Origin: Chrysomallon squamiferum
Lineage: Eukaryota; Animalia; Mollusca
Reading direction: 5' to 3'
DNA: 64,000 bases
Assembly: GCA_012295275.1 (NCBI GenBank)
Contig: CM022670.1
Location: 17,298,001 to 17,362,000 of the forward strand
The translations under genes were made by a program, and so were the position numbers. Positions within the stretch are counted from its first letter, which is position 1; the number at the start of each line of letters is the position of its first letter. Of the stretch, positions 40,270-55,890 are shown in pieces. The notes beneath the pieces are model-generated. The model saw nothing but the letters and a program-made list of their open reading frames with translations, was not told where the DNA came from and ran no database searches.

Positions 40270-40520
40270 GCCTGCTTTTTAACTCAAACTGTTTCTAATT
40301 GATCTTCAGAAGTCAGTTTTAATCTGAAACCTAGTATTTTACTTGAATCATTTCTAATTGATCTTCATAAGAGTCAGTCTAATCTAAAGCCTAGTATTTT
40401 ATTTGAATTATTGCTAAAAAATCTTCAGAAGTCAGTTTAATTTCAGGACTAGCATTTTACTTGAACCATTTCCAAAAAAAAAAGCTCTTCAGAAGTAAGT
40501 TTAATTTGAAGCTGAGTATG
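40270..40520. repeat. Diverged ~60-bp tandem repeat (about 4 copies)
   Basis: Recurring tcttcagaagtcagttt(t)aatctgaa.cctagtattttacttgaa. Confidence 0.75.
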
Positions 40521-42679
40521 TTTATATTCATGGCTAATAACTACTCTTCAAAATGTAACAAATGTTTTCAGACTTTAAAAAAGACACTAAAATTAATGGT
40601 TTGAAGAAAAAAGAAGAGTCTTGCTGGATTTAATTTTACATTATCTGATTTTTATGAATTTTTGGTAGTTAGGACTATATGGTCTTTGACATATTTTGAT
40701 ATATTGTTATAGGTTAAATCACTGACAAGAATAATTATATTCACACATGTACTAGTTAGTATGTTTATAAATACACAAAAATATTTAACAAAAATATTTT
40801 TTTGTTTTATTCAAATATGTATACCACATTTCCTCAGTGTACACTTCAGCAATTAAACTTTACAAAAATCTATTCTTACTTTTTAAATTGTAATAGATAG
40901 GTTTTAAAGTTACTATAGTTACCTATGATAAATACATACACACACAAGTAAAAAATAAAATAATAATAACAATAAAAAAATAAAAATAAAAATAAAAAAA
41001 AAATCCCAATAAATTCTGCTAAGTATTATAAGAGAGGAAATTAAGCTGATATTATCTGTAATAAAATGAACAGATATATAAATATCAACATATGTTTATT
41101 GATCTTGCTTTTATACTAGTAACAGTCCTGATTTTTTCTTGCATGCCTGAACTGCAGTCTACAGTTAAATTCTAGAACTGTTTTACTAACTCCAATTTTC
41201 TTGTACATCTGTTTGCTTAAACTGAGCTAGATAATCATATACAAATTAATACTATTATCAGAACACTGCAGATTGTTTGAAGCTGTAACTTTATTAAGAG
41301 TAACTCCGTAACATTGTGATGCTGGTGATAATGGTAACAGATGTGGAATACCAGGCTCTGAAGAGGTGTGAAAAAATAACGGGAGATCAAAGAGGCTGCA
41401 TGTCACACTTATTATTGTATTACCTGGTTAATTAGTCGTTTTGTTAATCAGTCACATTTGTTGTCAAACAGTTTAGTGTTATCTTACAGTGGGAAAATAT
41501 ACTTTATTAATGCCAATCAAAATAATACTTTATTTATGACATCGATAACAATAATAATACAACTATTACTACTACTGCCACTATTACTAATAATAATCAC
41601 AGCAGTAGAAGTAATAAAAATAAAAATGATAATAATAAGTATAATGATAGAAGGAATAACAATAACTGTGTCAAGTTAATAATACAAAAGTGTAATTAAA
41701 AAAATATTAATAAAAATGGAAATAAAGCCAAAAAATTAAATATTATTACATTTAAATATAGTACATTTAAACATTGTTATAGCAGTCTGAATGTTTTTTT
41801 CAAAAAAAAATAATAAATATATATGTGATACAAAAAAAAAATTTGCAGAATAAACTGTACATTAAAGTTTGTATTAATAAATGAGTTTTTTTTTCTTCAT
41901 ATAAATAGTGGTAGTGGTAGTGGTAGTAGTAGTAGCAAAAGTAGTGGTGGTAGAATTATATTAATACAACAACTCATAGTACTAATAATATTTACAATAA
42001 CAATAACAAAAACAACAATAATAGTAAAAACAGCAATAATAATATTAATAATTAAAACAAATACTAATAACATTAACAACAGCACAACAACAACAATACA
42101 AGCAATCACAACACAATTTAACAACAGCAATAATAATATTAATTTAAAAAAACCACATATATATTTCACATATATTTAACTGAATAAAAATTACCCAGTT
42201 CCATGTTTAAAATCACTAAACAAGTTCAAGAATATTAAAAATTATTTCAGCTCACCAGATTCAAGTAAGTACAGCTGTGATGGACCACTGCAGTAGCAAT
42301 CAATGGTAGCAATCTCAACACTAACAGCTCTCTCTTGCTACACCAGGATTAGTAAAGTGTGAAATCCAGGGAGAAACATGACTGACTGACCATGTGCTGA
42401 CCATAACACACAATGAAAATGTGCAGAATCATAATTACACTGACCATTCAGTGTCATTGTTAATCCCCACATTATGTTTGTCTTTGACCAGGGATGTCGG
42501 ATGAGCAAAATGATTTCAACAAAGAATATTCATGAATGTTTGCTTTTAGCACAATAATTACCACCAATGTGATATAAACAATTACAGTAATGTACACAGC
42601 AAACTGTTCAGTATATTTTTGCTTAAGCTGTGTGTTTAAGTTATAATTAAAAGAATTACAAAAATGATAATTAATAAAA

Positions 42680-42720
<41 letters not shown>

Positions 42721-42750
42721 ATAATAATAAATCAGAAAAAGGAATAAGAA

Positions 42751-42784
<34 letters not shown>

Positions 42785-42790
42785 GTAGTA
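42680..42790. repeat. (TAG)n and (TAA)n microsatellites
   Basis: Adjacent trinucleotide runs. Confidence 0.9.
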
Positions 42791-43769
42791 AATAAAAATT
42801 ACCTAAAGGAGAAAACAGATTTAATATAATTTTTTAATTTTAATTTTAGTGATGATTAAATGTAAATTATTGTTAATTTCAAATCTAGACTTATTAAAAT
42901 CACAGAGCTCTGATATGTTTAAATAATTTTATTAATTTGAATATATATTTTTCTAAAACCTTTTTCTTTTCTTTTTTTTTAGTTGATTGTTAATAAAAAG
43001 AAAAATATAGTTCTAAATAAAAACATTTTACTTATTTTTTTTAAATCTTTTTTTTTTTGGGGTGTATGTGTGTAATTTTAAGAGAAGCCCTATTATAACT
43101 TCATTAACTACACATTCTTTCCAACAACATAAAAAACACACAAATTACATTGAGAAAACGAGGCGTGAAGATTGTACATTCTTTACGTAAAACTGTTCAT
43201 TATATTAAAAAAAAAACACACCAAGGAAGAAACAATACGTATTTGATTGATCTAGTCACTAAAAGAATAACACAATGGCCATGCTGATGTGTTGTTAGAG
43301 TGAGTCTGAAAAGCACAACACCTGCATCAGCAAGCAGGCAGTTGACAGACCAAATAATCTGTTAGTATGTTATCCTTTAGGAAAACAGAACAGCCGGTGT
43401 CAGGTACTTGAGTAAGTTTTTGTTATATCAGTAATTAGCTTCATGTAGTTGACTTCTGTTTAAGTAATGGAGATTCTCAAGGAGGAATCACCTCCAGAAA
43501 ACATAAACTCAGTTGACAGCAGGTGTCAGGAGAAAGTCAATGGAGAGAAAAGGTTGTAATGAGCGACTAATTGACTTTCACGTCCACTACAGCTGCAACA
43601 ACACTAAGTTTTTTTAACATCATTTAATTAGTGTACCTGACAGTTATTGTTAAGTTCCATCACACCTTTCCTAACCTGTTGTGCAAGATTAGATCTGAGA
43701 ACAAAATTCAGATGTGAAATATGATAAAGTGAAAAGTGAAACAGTTATCTTTCCACCAGGACAGTTTTA

Positions 43770-44060
43770 ACTTTATTAAACTAGATAATTTTTGTAACGT
43801 AATTCTACAAATACTTGTTTTTAAATATTGTTCAGATAACTTTTAAAAGTAATTCTACCCATACTCTTTTTTAATCTTGTTCAGATAACTTTATATTAAA
43901 ATAATACCACAAATAAACTTTATTAAACATTTCAGACATCTTTTATAAAATAATTCTACCCATAAATTTATAAAAACTTGTTTAGATAACTTTCATATTA
44001 AATTAATTCTACACATACACTTATCAAAACAAGACTTTCTTATATTAAAATAATTCTTAT
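43770..44060. repeat. Diverged ~50-bp tandem repeat
   Basis: Recurring ttgttcagataacttt...taattctac. Confidence 0.65.
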
Positions 44061-47000
44061 TTTATATTTCAGTTTCTGGGTTAAGCAGCAAAAGGAAAAA
44101 AAAAAAAAAAAAAAAAATCAATTATCAATTGAATTAGTTTTGGGAATGTCAAAATGCAAACTTGCACACATCCTCGTCAATGTGTGTGTATGTGACATGT
44201 AATTACACAAGGTATTTACCGAGTCACTGCAGTGCACACAAGCCCAGGTCTCTCAGACATTAAACAAAACTTTCAACATTCAGAACACACTTGACAAGGA
44301 AGAAGTCTCTAGAATTAATAACTGGTATCAAACTTTGTTACGTGAATACAGACAAATAAACTTCCTGTAAAATTATTTTGTCTTGAATATGCTTTTGATG
44401 GTAAAAAAAAAAAAAAAAAATATAGCTCCTGGTTATGTATTCTGTTCTCCGTTACTAGGCTAATGATCACTTTTAATACTAATCAAACTGATATTATCAA
44501 TCACACACAGACAGTTTATTTAGAACTAACACTGGTTTTTCATCTTTTGCTGTGTAAACAATTACATGTATTTAAACTGTTTAAAAATAAAAATAACTTA
44601 GATAAAAACAAATATATATATAATGGACAGTCAAAAATTACAAAGAAAGATGTAGTATAATTTATATACACCATAAATAGTTTGTATATATTAAATATTT
44701 CATATGCTCATAGACAAAGTGTGAACTATACACAGGCATAATATCCACATATTTTCATACACAAACATACACACACACACATATACACTCATATTGCAAG
44801 CATGCACATCTGATGAAAATTATAGCAGATACACAAAAAATACATGTTTCTGAAATTTCTCTTACTTGTGTTGTTTCTCTGGTACTTTTGGATGTTTCCT
44901 CTAATTAAAACAATTAATGCACTGGTCACAGAGTGGTCGGCATGGCGTTTGTGTCGTCACGGCGACACGGCACTTCCAAATCATTAAGCTGATGATTGAT
45001 GGATACATTAATTCTAATATGTGTACGTTACCTGATGATAAATGATGACAGTTCTATGATGTTAACTATCATTTTCTCATAATCTTACGAGACGTGATAG
45101 ATTTCTTTTCTTGATGTAAATTAGTTTAATTGCAAAAGTGCTAATGACATTACACGACAGATATTCATTATTTATTAATGCATGTATTTCTTCTGAAATT
45201 TAATTAAACACAGTCAGCATAATTATAAATTAGAATGATTATTAAACATTACAGTCTATTTTTGCTTGAAATTCAAGTAGCTTGTGATATTATATGTTTT
45301 ATAAATTAAAATGATTATTAGCATTACAGTTTATTTCTGTTTGAAACTTATATGGTTTAATATAAGCAAATTCCACAAAAAAAAAAAAAAGAAGAAAAAA
45401 TGAAAGAAAGAAAAAAAAGATTCATATTAATGTTATAACCTACTTCTGTTTGAAAAACAGATATTTTCAGTTATAATCAGAACTGTTCTATAATTTTCCG
45501 ATAACAGGAACCATGTTGTCAATTACAAATGCTGCAGATGTCCACTGGATCATTACTCTACATCTAACAGTGCCCTGGGGCTCATTGCTGGGTGTGGCTG
45601 GTGGGGTCTGTACTGTCAGTTAGTGTCCACAGTGTAATTTATTTGAAATACAGGACTTCAGTCTGACATCTCTTATCTACAGAACTGACACAAAAGCTTG
45701 GAGCCTGGTGGCGAATAGTTTAGTAATGATTCAAAATGATTTGCTTTAACACTTAAACAACTGTAACCCATTTCCAGAGAAATAATGAATGCGTTGATTG
45801 CATGTTTTTTATTAGAAGTGTTTTTAATAATCATGGAAATAATATAAGAAGCTTAATTATCAAAATCAATTGCAATTTATTCAAATATTTTACTTCAGAG
45901 TATTTATTTAATTAAAATATGATACAGATTAATATACTAGGAATTCCTCAAGACCACATCTTATAAATTTATAAAATAATATACCTGTATGCACAGAAAG
46001 TTAATAACTGTTTCAGTAATATTAATAATAAAACAAAAAATAAGAATATTTCGTCTGACTCTGCTGGTGGTGAAAGTGAGGGTTCAGGTGTGACAGTGAG
46101 TCAATTATCTGGTAAGAATGGGCAGCACCCAGTGGGAATGGGCTGCACCAAGAACAATATGAATCCAGTAACGCCCTCTATAATTTTCTGAAAACAACTG
46201 AAATTAACTTAAGACACAATGAAAACAAATGTCCTCCCACTACCAGTCAAGTCATTCAGAACTGCTAATTGTAGTAATTATGATCTAATTTGAAAGGGAT
46301 TATTGAGAGAAAGAAAATCATAACCAGTCTTTCTCACCTTCACACACTGTTTTGTTCAGACAAACCTGTCTCTGAGCTTTATTCTGTAAAAGCTTTCCAA
46401 AAAAACAAAAATCAACAAGAAAACATCTCCAGTCATAAATATCCCAACTTTGTGAATAAAATATGACATAAAATATGCACTTTTTTTATTTTCTAAAAGA
46501 ATAACTTTATTAACAGAGCTGTATTTAGATATTAAATAACAATAATTATTATTATAATAAAAATTAATTTAGGGGTAAAATAAAATAAAACTCATTCTGG
46601 CTAAAATAGGAAGAGAGACTAAAAAAACATTTAATATATTATTACAGAAGTGGCTGGATTGAAAATCATAATTCAAATTGCAATTTAACAGTCTAATAGC
46701 AGATTTGCTTAAATTGTGATTTCAGTGTAAATGCTGTTTGCTAGACTGAAAGGAATAAATGTCACAAATGAAATCTCTGACGAAGATTAGCCAGAATGTT
46801 AATCTGACAGGCAAACTGCAGATACAATCTTTAAAGCCATTCTAAAACTTTGAGCTTTTCCCTCAGGCCAATCTCTAGTTAAACAAAACCAATACTTCAA
46901 ACATTTATATATAATTCTATAAAAATTAATATCATAATGCCATTTTATTGGGGGGAAGAAATATTCAAAATCAATTTAGCAAAATAAAAGAAAATTAAAA

Positions 47001-49753
47001 GAGAAAAGATAAGATTTTGAATTATATTTAAAACCGAAATGATTACAAAAATCAAAAGCTTATTTTAAAAAGTTATGAACTGAATTTTTGATGCCAAAAG
47101 AAAAATTAACAAATTTTTGTCCTACCAGCCATCTTGACCTTGTAAAGGTATCAAAACAGATTTTATCATTTTTATATTTGTTTACAAGTGGGCAGCATGT
47201 TTCATTTACTTTGTCTAGAAATATACTGTTTATTGTTGTATGACCATTAAACAAAGTGGTCTGGCAAATCAACCAAACTGTTTTCTGTCTCTTACATACA
47301 ACCAGTTATGTAAACTGAAAAGAAACATCAGCAGAAAACAAGATAAAAAACCAACAACACAGCACGTCTTTTGTTTTATTCCTGAGTGTTTCAACCTTTC
47401 TGAAACATTTTTTACACACACATACATACATATCTGAAAAATACCTTTAAAAAATAAATAGCAATAAAATAAAGATAATTTAAAAAATTTGAACTAAATT
47501 TCCTTTTTTAGCTCTAATAAATGTAAATAAAAATAAAATGACCTTTAAGACAGACAAAGACTAATTTACAGTTGTGGTTTTAAGGCAAATATTTTTATTG
47601 TATTTAAAAAAATAATTATTTATCCTGAATTTATACAAACTGCTAACAACTTACTATAATTCATTGTTATTTCATAGTAATAAAAATGCAGGGAAAACAA
47701 TTACCATCAATCACACTGTCTGTAATGAATTGGCTTAATTTCTGTGTTGAATTTTTTTTATAGATTACCATTGTTTGATTTTAGCAGCCTCTGAGCTGTT
47801 ATTATTTCCTTATTTACATACACTCTCAAAATGACAGTAATTAATATAATGCAATTTTTAACTTATTGAAATATTTCTGTTAATGTTTGGAGAAACCATT
47901 CCCTAGATGATGTAAGAGAATCAAAGTGCATCTGGTTACCAAACAAGATTTAATTAAATTTTAATTATTTTTAAGTGCATTTAATAGATGTGTTATTATA
48001 AAATAGTTTAGTCTGCTGCATTTTAAAATCTGCAAACAGTATGAAAATAATAATGTTGTAAATACATTTTTTTCCCAAATCTTCTAAAACACTTCAAGAT
48101 AAAGCTGCTTTATTCATTCATTCATTCATTTATTTTTTTTATTTTTTTTATATTTATTTTTTATTTTATTATTATTATTTTTTAATAAAGAAATTGAATT
48201 TAAACAATATTTACTGAAAAAAAAAAAAAAAATAAATAAATAAATAAATAAAAATAATAAATCTATGGTTACAAATTACTAAATCAGTGTGTATAGGATT
48301 TTACAGCTGATTATAAAGCAAATAAAGTTTAAATTCAAAAAAATTTCTTCGCTGGTTCCATATCCTATATGTACACATTCAACAAACAGTACATATATAT
48401 AAATATATATTCTCAGGGGGGAAACATGCACTGCATACAACTCAGTAAACACACATTCACATAGACTCAAATGTGCACTGCAGCCACCACAACACAGGAA
48501 AGGTCTTGTAAACAAACGAAACGGTCAGAGGTGAAATGTTTCTGTGCTCAAGAAACCATCTTTATCAAATCACTGCCTAATATTTCACAGAGCTTAGCTA
48601 ATTTCTTTTCATTTTGAACAAGACAAAAGAAAAACTTGGACACGATTACCGTCACTTGTTCGCAATCGGAAAATGTCAAGATAAAAATCATTAACAGCTT
48701 GCTAGGAAACAGTTGCTTTGTAACCAGTGTGTGGCAGTTCTCTGTAATATCATGAAGAGATAAAAACTTCTCTCAGTTTTTTTTTATCTGGGAACCTTGA
48801 TGAAGTTAGTATCAAAAACACATTTTTCTTATAATGTTTACAGTATGATAGTTGTTCAGTTGGCTTTCTGTCAACCATAAACAAACTTGTAAACATCAGT
48901 GATGCTATAAATTAATATTTACAGAACAATATTTATACTGTTATTTATATAGTGTTTTGTTTTTTCTCTTCCTTTACCTTTTGTTTCTGTGATGTTTTAT
49001 ATGAATTTTTGAAGTGCTACTGTATCCCATTTTTCTAAAACAACTTACTGCAGTAGAAAATAACTGGAATCTATTTTAGTAACTTACCAGTCCACTGTTG
49101 TTCTTATTATTACCACTTTTTAAAAGCAGTTTCATTATCACTATTCTAACATTACATATTTTTAAAAGGTATTTAAAATTTGAGGTATTTATTTCAATTT
49201 GATTATTATTTTCTAAAAAAATCAAATAAACAGATATTTATAATAATAATAATTGTAATAATAATAACAATATCAATAAGTGTAACCATCATAATCATCA
49301 TCACCACCACCACCACCACCACCACACCATCATCATCAAAATGCTGAAAATGTCAAAGAAAATAATTCCTGGATGTACATTCTACATAAGCAGTTAATCC
49401 AACTTGAACTACAAAGGCATTTTGCTAGACAGTTACTCAAACTGTCTGCCTAAACAAGATAAGTTAATCAGGTGGGTTTTACAACACCATTACTGTGAAA
49501 TCCTGCACCATTTTCACTAAAGCCTCAAAGCATTACGATGCCGTCCACTAAGGTTACCTTCAGCCCATCTAATCCACTGACCAAGAGAACAGATTTTATA
49601 CTATGATAATACAGATTATGACTTTACACACAATTAGTTAAAGCTTGCAGAATAATAATAATGATGAAAAAATAATAATAATAATAATAATAATCAGTTT
49701 ATAAACTTGGACTGGAAATACTAATACTGTTCATTTAATTCTAGAAATAATGA

Positions 49754-49787
<34 letters not shown>

Positions 49788-52246
49788 TATATATATATAT
49801 ATAATTTTTTTTTTTCCAGTAAATTTTATTTCTATAAAATGTTATTTGCTAAAAACTAAGAAAAAATGCAGTTATAATCAATCCATTAATACAAAGCATA
49901 CAGAGCCACACCAAATTTATTTTTAATATCAAATATAAACCAATATTCAACAAAACCAGACAGTAATAATATTTAAATGCTGCTGTTAGTGTCACGTACT
50001 GCCTGCAAAAAATATAACTGTCCCTTTATTGAAAACATGTCAACAGATCACGAATGACAAGAATGTGCTAAGAAAAATTGTATTAAAGTGTATAATTCAA
50101 AACTAAATACCAAGCAACTAAACGTTTTCAATAAGACCTCAAAACTGACTGGGTCAGGATAATTTCATGGCCAATTACATATGTCTTTTTGACAGAAATC
50201 CACTTAGACAGACAGCAACTCATTTTTGTAACAATTTTTATTTGTTAGTGTATCAGATATGCATACTTTATGAAGAAGAAAAGAACCGACTGCTATCTAC
50301 AGCCTCATCTTGTCAAACACTTAGGACAAGAGAATGTCCGTATCACCAGCATGTCAGTTCTGAATCCTGACAGGCCGATTACCTCAGTGGAGGAAGAACT
50401 GTACGCGGCTCTCGAGACATTTTGCCAGTGAAAGTTGAGAATAACCCATCACTTTGGCACACCTCGCTGACTGTACTTAGTTCAGCAGAGCAGAAAATCA
50501 CAGCCAGCACCTCCAATTACGTTAATAACAGTCCTCTCACGTCTTAGTACGAGAGATGATGCATCAAGGACTTTGTGAATTCTGCCTTTGCTTAACAGCG
50601 GCAGACTTTTTTTTTTGTGAGTCTAAGTACCGGCTTTGAGTGATTTCAACAATTGTAGAACAAAACGTTTTTGACGTTTTTTAATAAAGGGAGAACAGAC
50701 AGTAGAGCTAGTGGCGTCACTTAGAAATAGTTTGATCTACAGTTCCTGCACTAAGCAAGTCTGACAGAACGGTTTTCTCCTGTTTAAAACAAAATTAAAC
50801 AGCTTAAGCTCTTACTTTGATGGGAAACACGTTTTCTTACAGTCAGAGATGTAAAGATTGAATAAGAAAAATAATAAAGAAAACTTCCACTTCCAAGAAA
50901 AGATGTCTGTATTTGTTCCAGTAACTACACGAACAGCAAAATACTTTTTATGAACAAAAATAAAATTCTTAAGAATATTTCATAACCTTTGTTCAGATGG
51001 AGATCTTTTTATTTATTTATTTTTATTATTATTATTCTTTATCTATTTATTTATTTGATCATGTTTTTAAAATTATTATTATTATTACTACTATTATTAT
51101 TATCATCATTTTTTTTTTAATATGTAAAATAATACTAACAAAAGATTTAAAGTTAATGAAAAATGAAGAAAAAGAAAAAAGAATGGAGAAAAAAGAAAGG
51201 AAAAAAAAGAACAGAGATATGTTCTTGATGGGTTTATTTGTATCTCATTAGCAGATATACTCAGGTCCCAGTGGACCTGTCAGTCAGTGACTAGGAGGAT
51301 GTTCTGAACATGAGGTTAAGTTGTAACCTCTAACTGCTAGCATTAATTGGCAGACACCTGCAGTTGCTCCTGTTTTTTTCAATAACATAACATTTAAATG
51401 TTACTTATTTTGTTGTCCATATGGTTTCCATTAAGTAGATGAAAATAAAAGTGAAAACTGTTTATTGTTGTTGCTGTTATTCAGAGTTTGGTTGTAAGAA
51501 GTGAAATTAGTACATACTTAAAATTGTTTAAATACAAGAAAAATGTAAAGGTTTGACTGATTTATTCATTATGAAATATTTTTGAATAAAATTATAAAAT
51601 AAAAGTATCAAAAATATCAGAACTTAAGAATCAAAATTATAAAAAGAAAATATATAAACTAAACATTAGTAATTAACAAAATAACTGAATAATAAACTGA
51701 TTATAAATAATTATATTAAATATATATTAAAAGTTGTATGCCAAAATGAATTTCTCTAAAAAAAAAAAAAAAAAGTTTTGTTATGTTTCAGTACTGGTTT
51801 CCATACAAGAAGATTCTATTATTATAATCTGTAGAATCTCAGGATTATGAGTATTTTTTTAAAATTTTTATTTTTATCTTTTTTATTTTATATTTGTGTG
51901 TGGATAGTAATTCTTTATTCCAATAACAAAAAAACAAAAAAAGAAAGAAAAATAACCACAAAAAAAAAAAAAAATTTTTTTCACAACATTTGTGTGAATA
52001 GATTTGTTGGGATTATACTTCTGATTGTGATAAATAAACTGAACAGATACAAATCCCTCTGCTACTCCTGTAGTAAGCAAGTATAAAAGAAATTTCTATT
52101 TGACAAAATCTCCTTAATCTAGTATGAAAAGACACTGAATAATTTTGTCATTGTGTTGTCCTTCCAGTCAGATCAACAGGGAAAGATTACTAGAAATCCA
52201 GTTAAAATTTGTACCTCTGTAGAGTTCAAGCAAAAATAGATTACTG

Positions 52247-52279
<33 letters not shown>

Positions 52280-52716
52280 TATTACTGTTATTATTATTAC
52301 TACTACTACTGGTGTTATGGTTATTATTTTTATTATTGTTTTTTTTTATTAATACTATTACTATTATTACTACTTCTGTTATGTAACAGTTTTAAATGTG
52401 AAGTTAAAATAATTTAACAGAACTGTCAAATTTGTAAATATATATAAAATTTTTTAAAAATTAATAAAAATATGCTTGATTGTTTCTCTTTAAAATTAAT
52501 GAAGACAAAACAGGATCTATGTCATCCAGTTACTTTGTTGTAGAAAAAAAATGCACATTTTTTTTAGCCATTTATCCTGATGTGAAAATACAGCTGTCCG
52601 AAAAAAAAAAAAAACAATCATCCTTTAAATAAAAATATATTATTGTACCCACACTGAGGTCTATTATCAACCATAATGTTTAAACATACAGATGGTGTAG
52701 AAAGAATGAACTAACA

Positions 52717-52790
52717 AATGAATGAATGAATGTTCAATGATACCCCAGCATGAAAAGTAGATTGGCTATTGGGTGTCAGACAGAGGTAAG
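52717..52790 (-). mobile_element. Truncated 3' end of a SINE/LINE-like retroposon with a (CATT)n tail
   Basis: Minus strand reads ...tgacacccaatagccaatc...gctggggtatcattgaacattcattcattcatt. From memory this resembles a CpG-decayed form of the gastropod GCTGGGGTGTCGTTAAAC(ATTC)n repeat tail; not verified by search. Confidence 0.5.
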
Positions 52791-53799
52791 GTATAGAAAG
52801 ATTCATTTAATTGCTCTTGAAGCAAAATGACAGAGACAGAAAGAACTACACTCCAGTTCTATTTAGAATCGATGTTTAGAAAATATTTTAATAGAAACAT
52901 TTCATATTTCTCTCGTGAGTTAAAAAGGAGTGATATCAGTCAACTCGGATATCATTCATGGACTATGTGTGTTCTGTGACAAAAAACGTGTGAATTGGAA
53001 ATGGTAATAAAGTTCAAACTCTTCAACATTAAATAAAGTGTTCTCAAGACATCATTGGTAATGGAATTGGCTAGCGGGCCTGTTTGAACAGTAAATAAAA
53101 CAAGTACATGAGGTGTTGTGGACTGTTGTAGAATACAACATATTATAACTTGTTTACACATGGAAGTCGTTGGTGATTCTCAAAGATTCACATTTATATC
53201 TGTACGTGACTGGCTTAATACATATCATTGCTAGATGTTAAATGCACTTTTGTTGAGTATTAATTAAGGAAACTGATAATTTCCTATTCCAGACTGCTCT
53301 TTAATTAAGAAGAAAGAAAGAAAAAAGCCTTTTATAAAACATTTATATGTTAGAAGTATGAGTACTTTACATTATAGTTTAGTTAGTACATTTTGTCTTT
53401 ATAATGTTTCATACACGTAATTGGTTTATAAACATAATTTTTTTATATACATAATTTTTTATATACTTAATGCTTAATATACAGTTGACTTTCTTTTCAC
53501 ATGATTTTGTTTATTTATTTGCTTACATTTAACATACAGTTTGACTAATTTATATATTCTTATTTTTAAAATGCAAAATTGTTCAAAATACTACAGATAA
53601 AAAGTCCAATAAAATGTTCAGACTCAAGAGCAGGTATTAAAACTGACTAAAATTAAAGTAACTTCAACATTAATGTTTAATTTCAGGAAATCCAAAGTAA
53701 TAAGCAGAAAACACCTTAAGCAGTTTTCATTAATTTTGCTAAATCTGTAATCACTTCCTGAAAGATTCTGATCAATAACACTGACAGTGTTTAGTATAT

Positions 53800-54120
53800 T
53801 TCTACTTAGACTTGGAAATCTTCTTAAACCCCTTAAATTTTAATACCAAACCCAGAATATATTTATTTCTAGAAAACCATAGACTAGAAAACCTTCTTAA
53901 ATTTTTTTATTTTAATACTGAACCTGGACTAAATTTTTATTTAGACTTGAAAATCTTCTAAAAATCTTTAATGTAATACTGAACCCTCGCAAAAAATTTA
54001 TTTAGACTTGGAAACCTTTTTTATTTAAAATCTCTAATTTTAATACTAAAAACAGACTAAATTTCTATTTAGATTATTTCTTAAAAACCTTAAATTTTTT
54101 GAACTGAGCTAAAAACCTTT
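53800..54120. repeat. Diverged ~60-bp tandem repeat
   Basis: Recurring ttagacttg(g/a)aaatcttct...ttttaatactgaacc. Confidence 0.65.
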
Positions 54121-55047
54121 TCAGTTGTCAATATTGTGACTTATTTAACAAAAGTGCACATGCTTATTTCGCTAACCATCTGATAATAAAATAACAAGCA
54201 GTTTGCCATAATTCCAACAATGAATAAGATAAGGAACTAAGTCTAAAAATAAAAATGAAACTGCTGCTCCATTGTTTGGGTACTGCTTCAGGTATTTTCA
54301 GTTGCATGCTTTCTTTCAATAAATCTATTATTATTTTTCTGAGACAGTGGAAATTGTTTCTTTGATGGACAAAACAAAGGCCAAGTCATGAAAAGGTAAT
54401 TTGGAATGTGTTTAACATGGAAATGTTTGTTACTGAGAAATGTCCATCGTGACTTGCAATACAACACCACTGGCATGTCCATACTGAAAGCTCAGATCTA
54501 ACAATTGATGTATGAAGTTATTTAAAACTTGCTCCTGTTAGTTATAAATTAATCAGTGATATACTGGAAACTGTGCATACTGTCTATTATACAAAACTTT
54601 GTGATAGAAACATATCCAGTAATTAACACTGACAGTTTTAATAATATTATAATACAAACAGCACAATTCCAACAAGGTTTATTACTGAAAATTTGAACAA
54701 GGACAGTTAGAATGGTTTTAAATCAACCAAAAAGTTAAATTTTTATTTATTAATAACACGAAACTGTGATCTGAGTTCTGATATTTCTCAATAAACCCAT
54801 TAAAATGGCTGCTGTTGTCACAGGCAACAACTAGAAAATTTTGGATCCTTTTAACAAATAACAGATTTAAATAATTTTAAAGCATCAACTTACCAATCAG
54901 AACAATTCTTCAAAAGCTTGGTGAATCACAGATATCATGTCAGATGTAGTCATGGAGCGCCGATGTTGCTGAAAAGCCAGTTTGCTGCATCGACGTGTCA
55001 GGAGACAGGCAGCATAAGCAGCACACAGAGTTGATCCATACGTCTTA

Positions 55048-55153
55048 AGTAAATCACTGCAAGTAATATCATATATAAGTTATAGTCTTCAGTAAGTCAT
55101 TACAAGTAATATCATATATAACTTATAGTCTTCAGTAAGTCATTACAAGTAGT
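55048..55153. repeat. 43-bp tandem duplication (about 2.5 copies)
   Basis: caagtaatatcatatataa.ttatagtcttcagtaagtcatta repeated. Confidence 0.8.
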
Positions 55154-55649
55154 ATTATATATTAGTATCACTATTGAGAGAGAGACACACACACGTTTAT
55201 GCACAGAAAAAGACACATATCTCTCTGCATGTCTGTGTGTCTGTGTGTGTGTGTGTGGGTGTGGGTGTGTGTTTGCCCCCTTGCAACCTTGAAAACATAA
55301 AATGTAACCCAAATGTAAACATTATTTGAAATGGTTTGCTGAAAAAAAAAGGTTTATGAAGCAGAAAATTATGAAGAAACGGCTTAACTTTCAGATCCTC
55401 ATTACAAAGGAGAACATGCTTAAAATACATTTTAATGTTTTCCCCTCACATTATCACACAACATTAAGTAATTTTATTTCCACACAGACCCACAGACAAT
55501 ATGATGACTTGCTGTGATGTCTAAAATATGAATTTTTTGTCCAGTAAAAAAATATATTTTACAAACAAACTATGCTGTATTCTAAAGTTAAATGAATGGA
55601 GTGGGTTTTATTTTATGTTTTGATAAATAAAAGTGATATTAGGACCAGT

Positions 55650-55890
55650 ACAGTAAATAAAATGTACATTATATGATAAAGTATTGTATCCTGTAAAATA
55701 TATTTTACTTATAACACAGTATGATGCTTTCTAAAGAATAAAATAGGTTTTATTCTATATTTTTTTAAAATAAAAGTCATATAGAAATCAATATAGTAAA
55801 TAAAATGTACATTATATGATAAAGTAAAAGTATTTTACAAATAACACAGTATGTTTTCTGAAGAAGAGAATGGGTTTTATTCTGTGTTTT
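55650..55890. repeat. Direct duplication, about 140-bp period
   Basis: agtaaataaaatgtacattatatgataaagta at about 55652 and about 55795, with similar continuations. Confidence 0.75.

Noticed and set aside
50495-50515. aatcacagccagc resembling miR-2
   Set aside because: Only the 5' half matches, and I see no complementary precursor arm.
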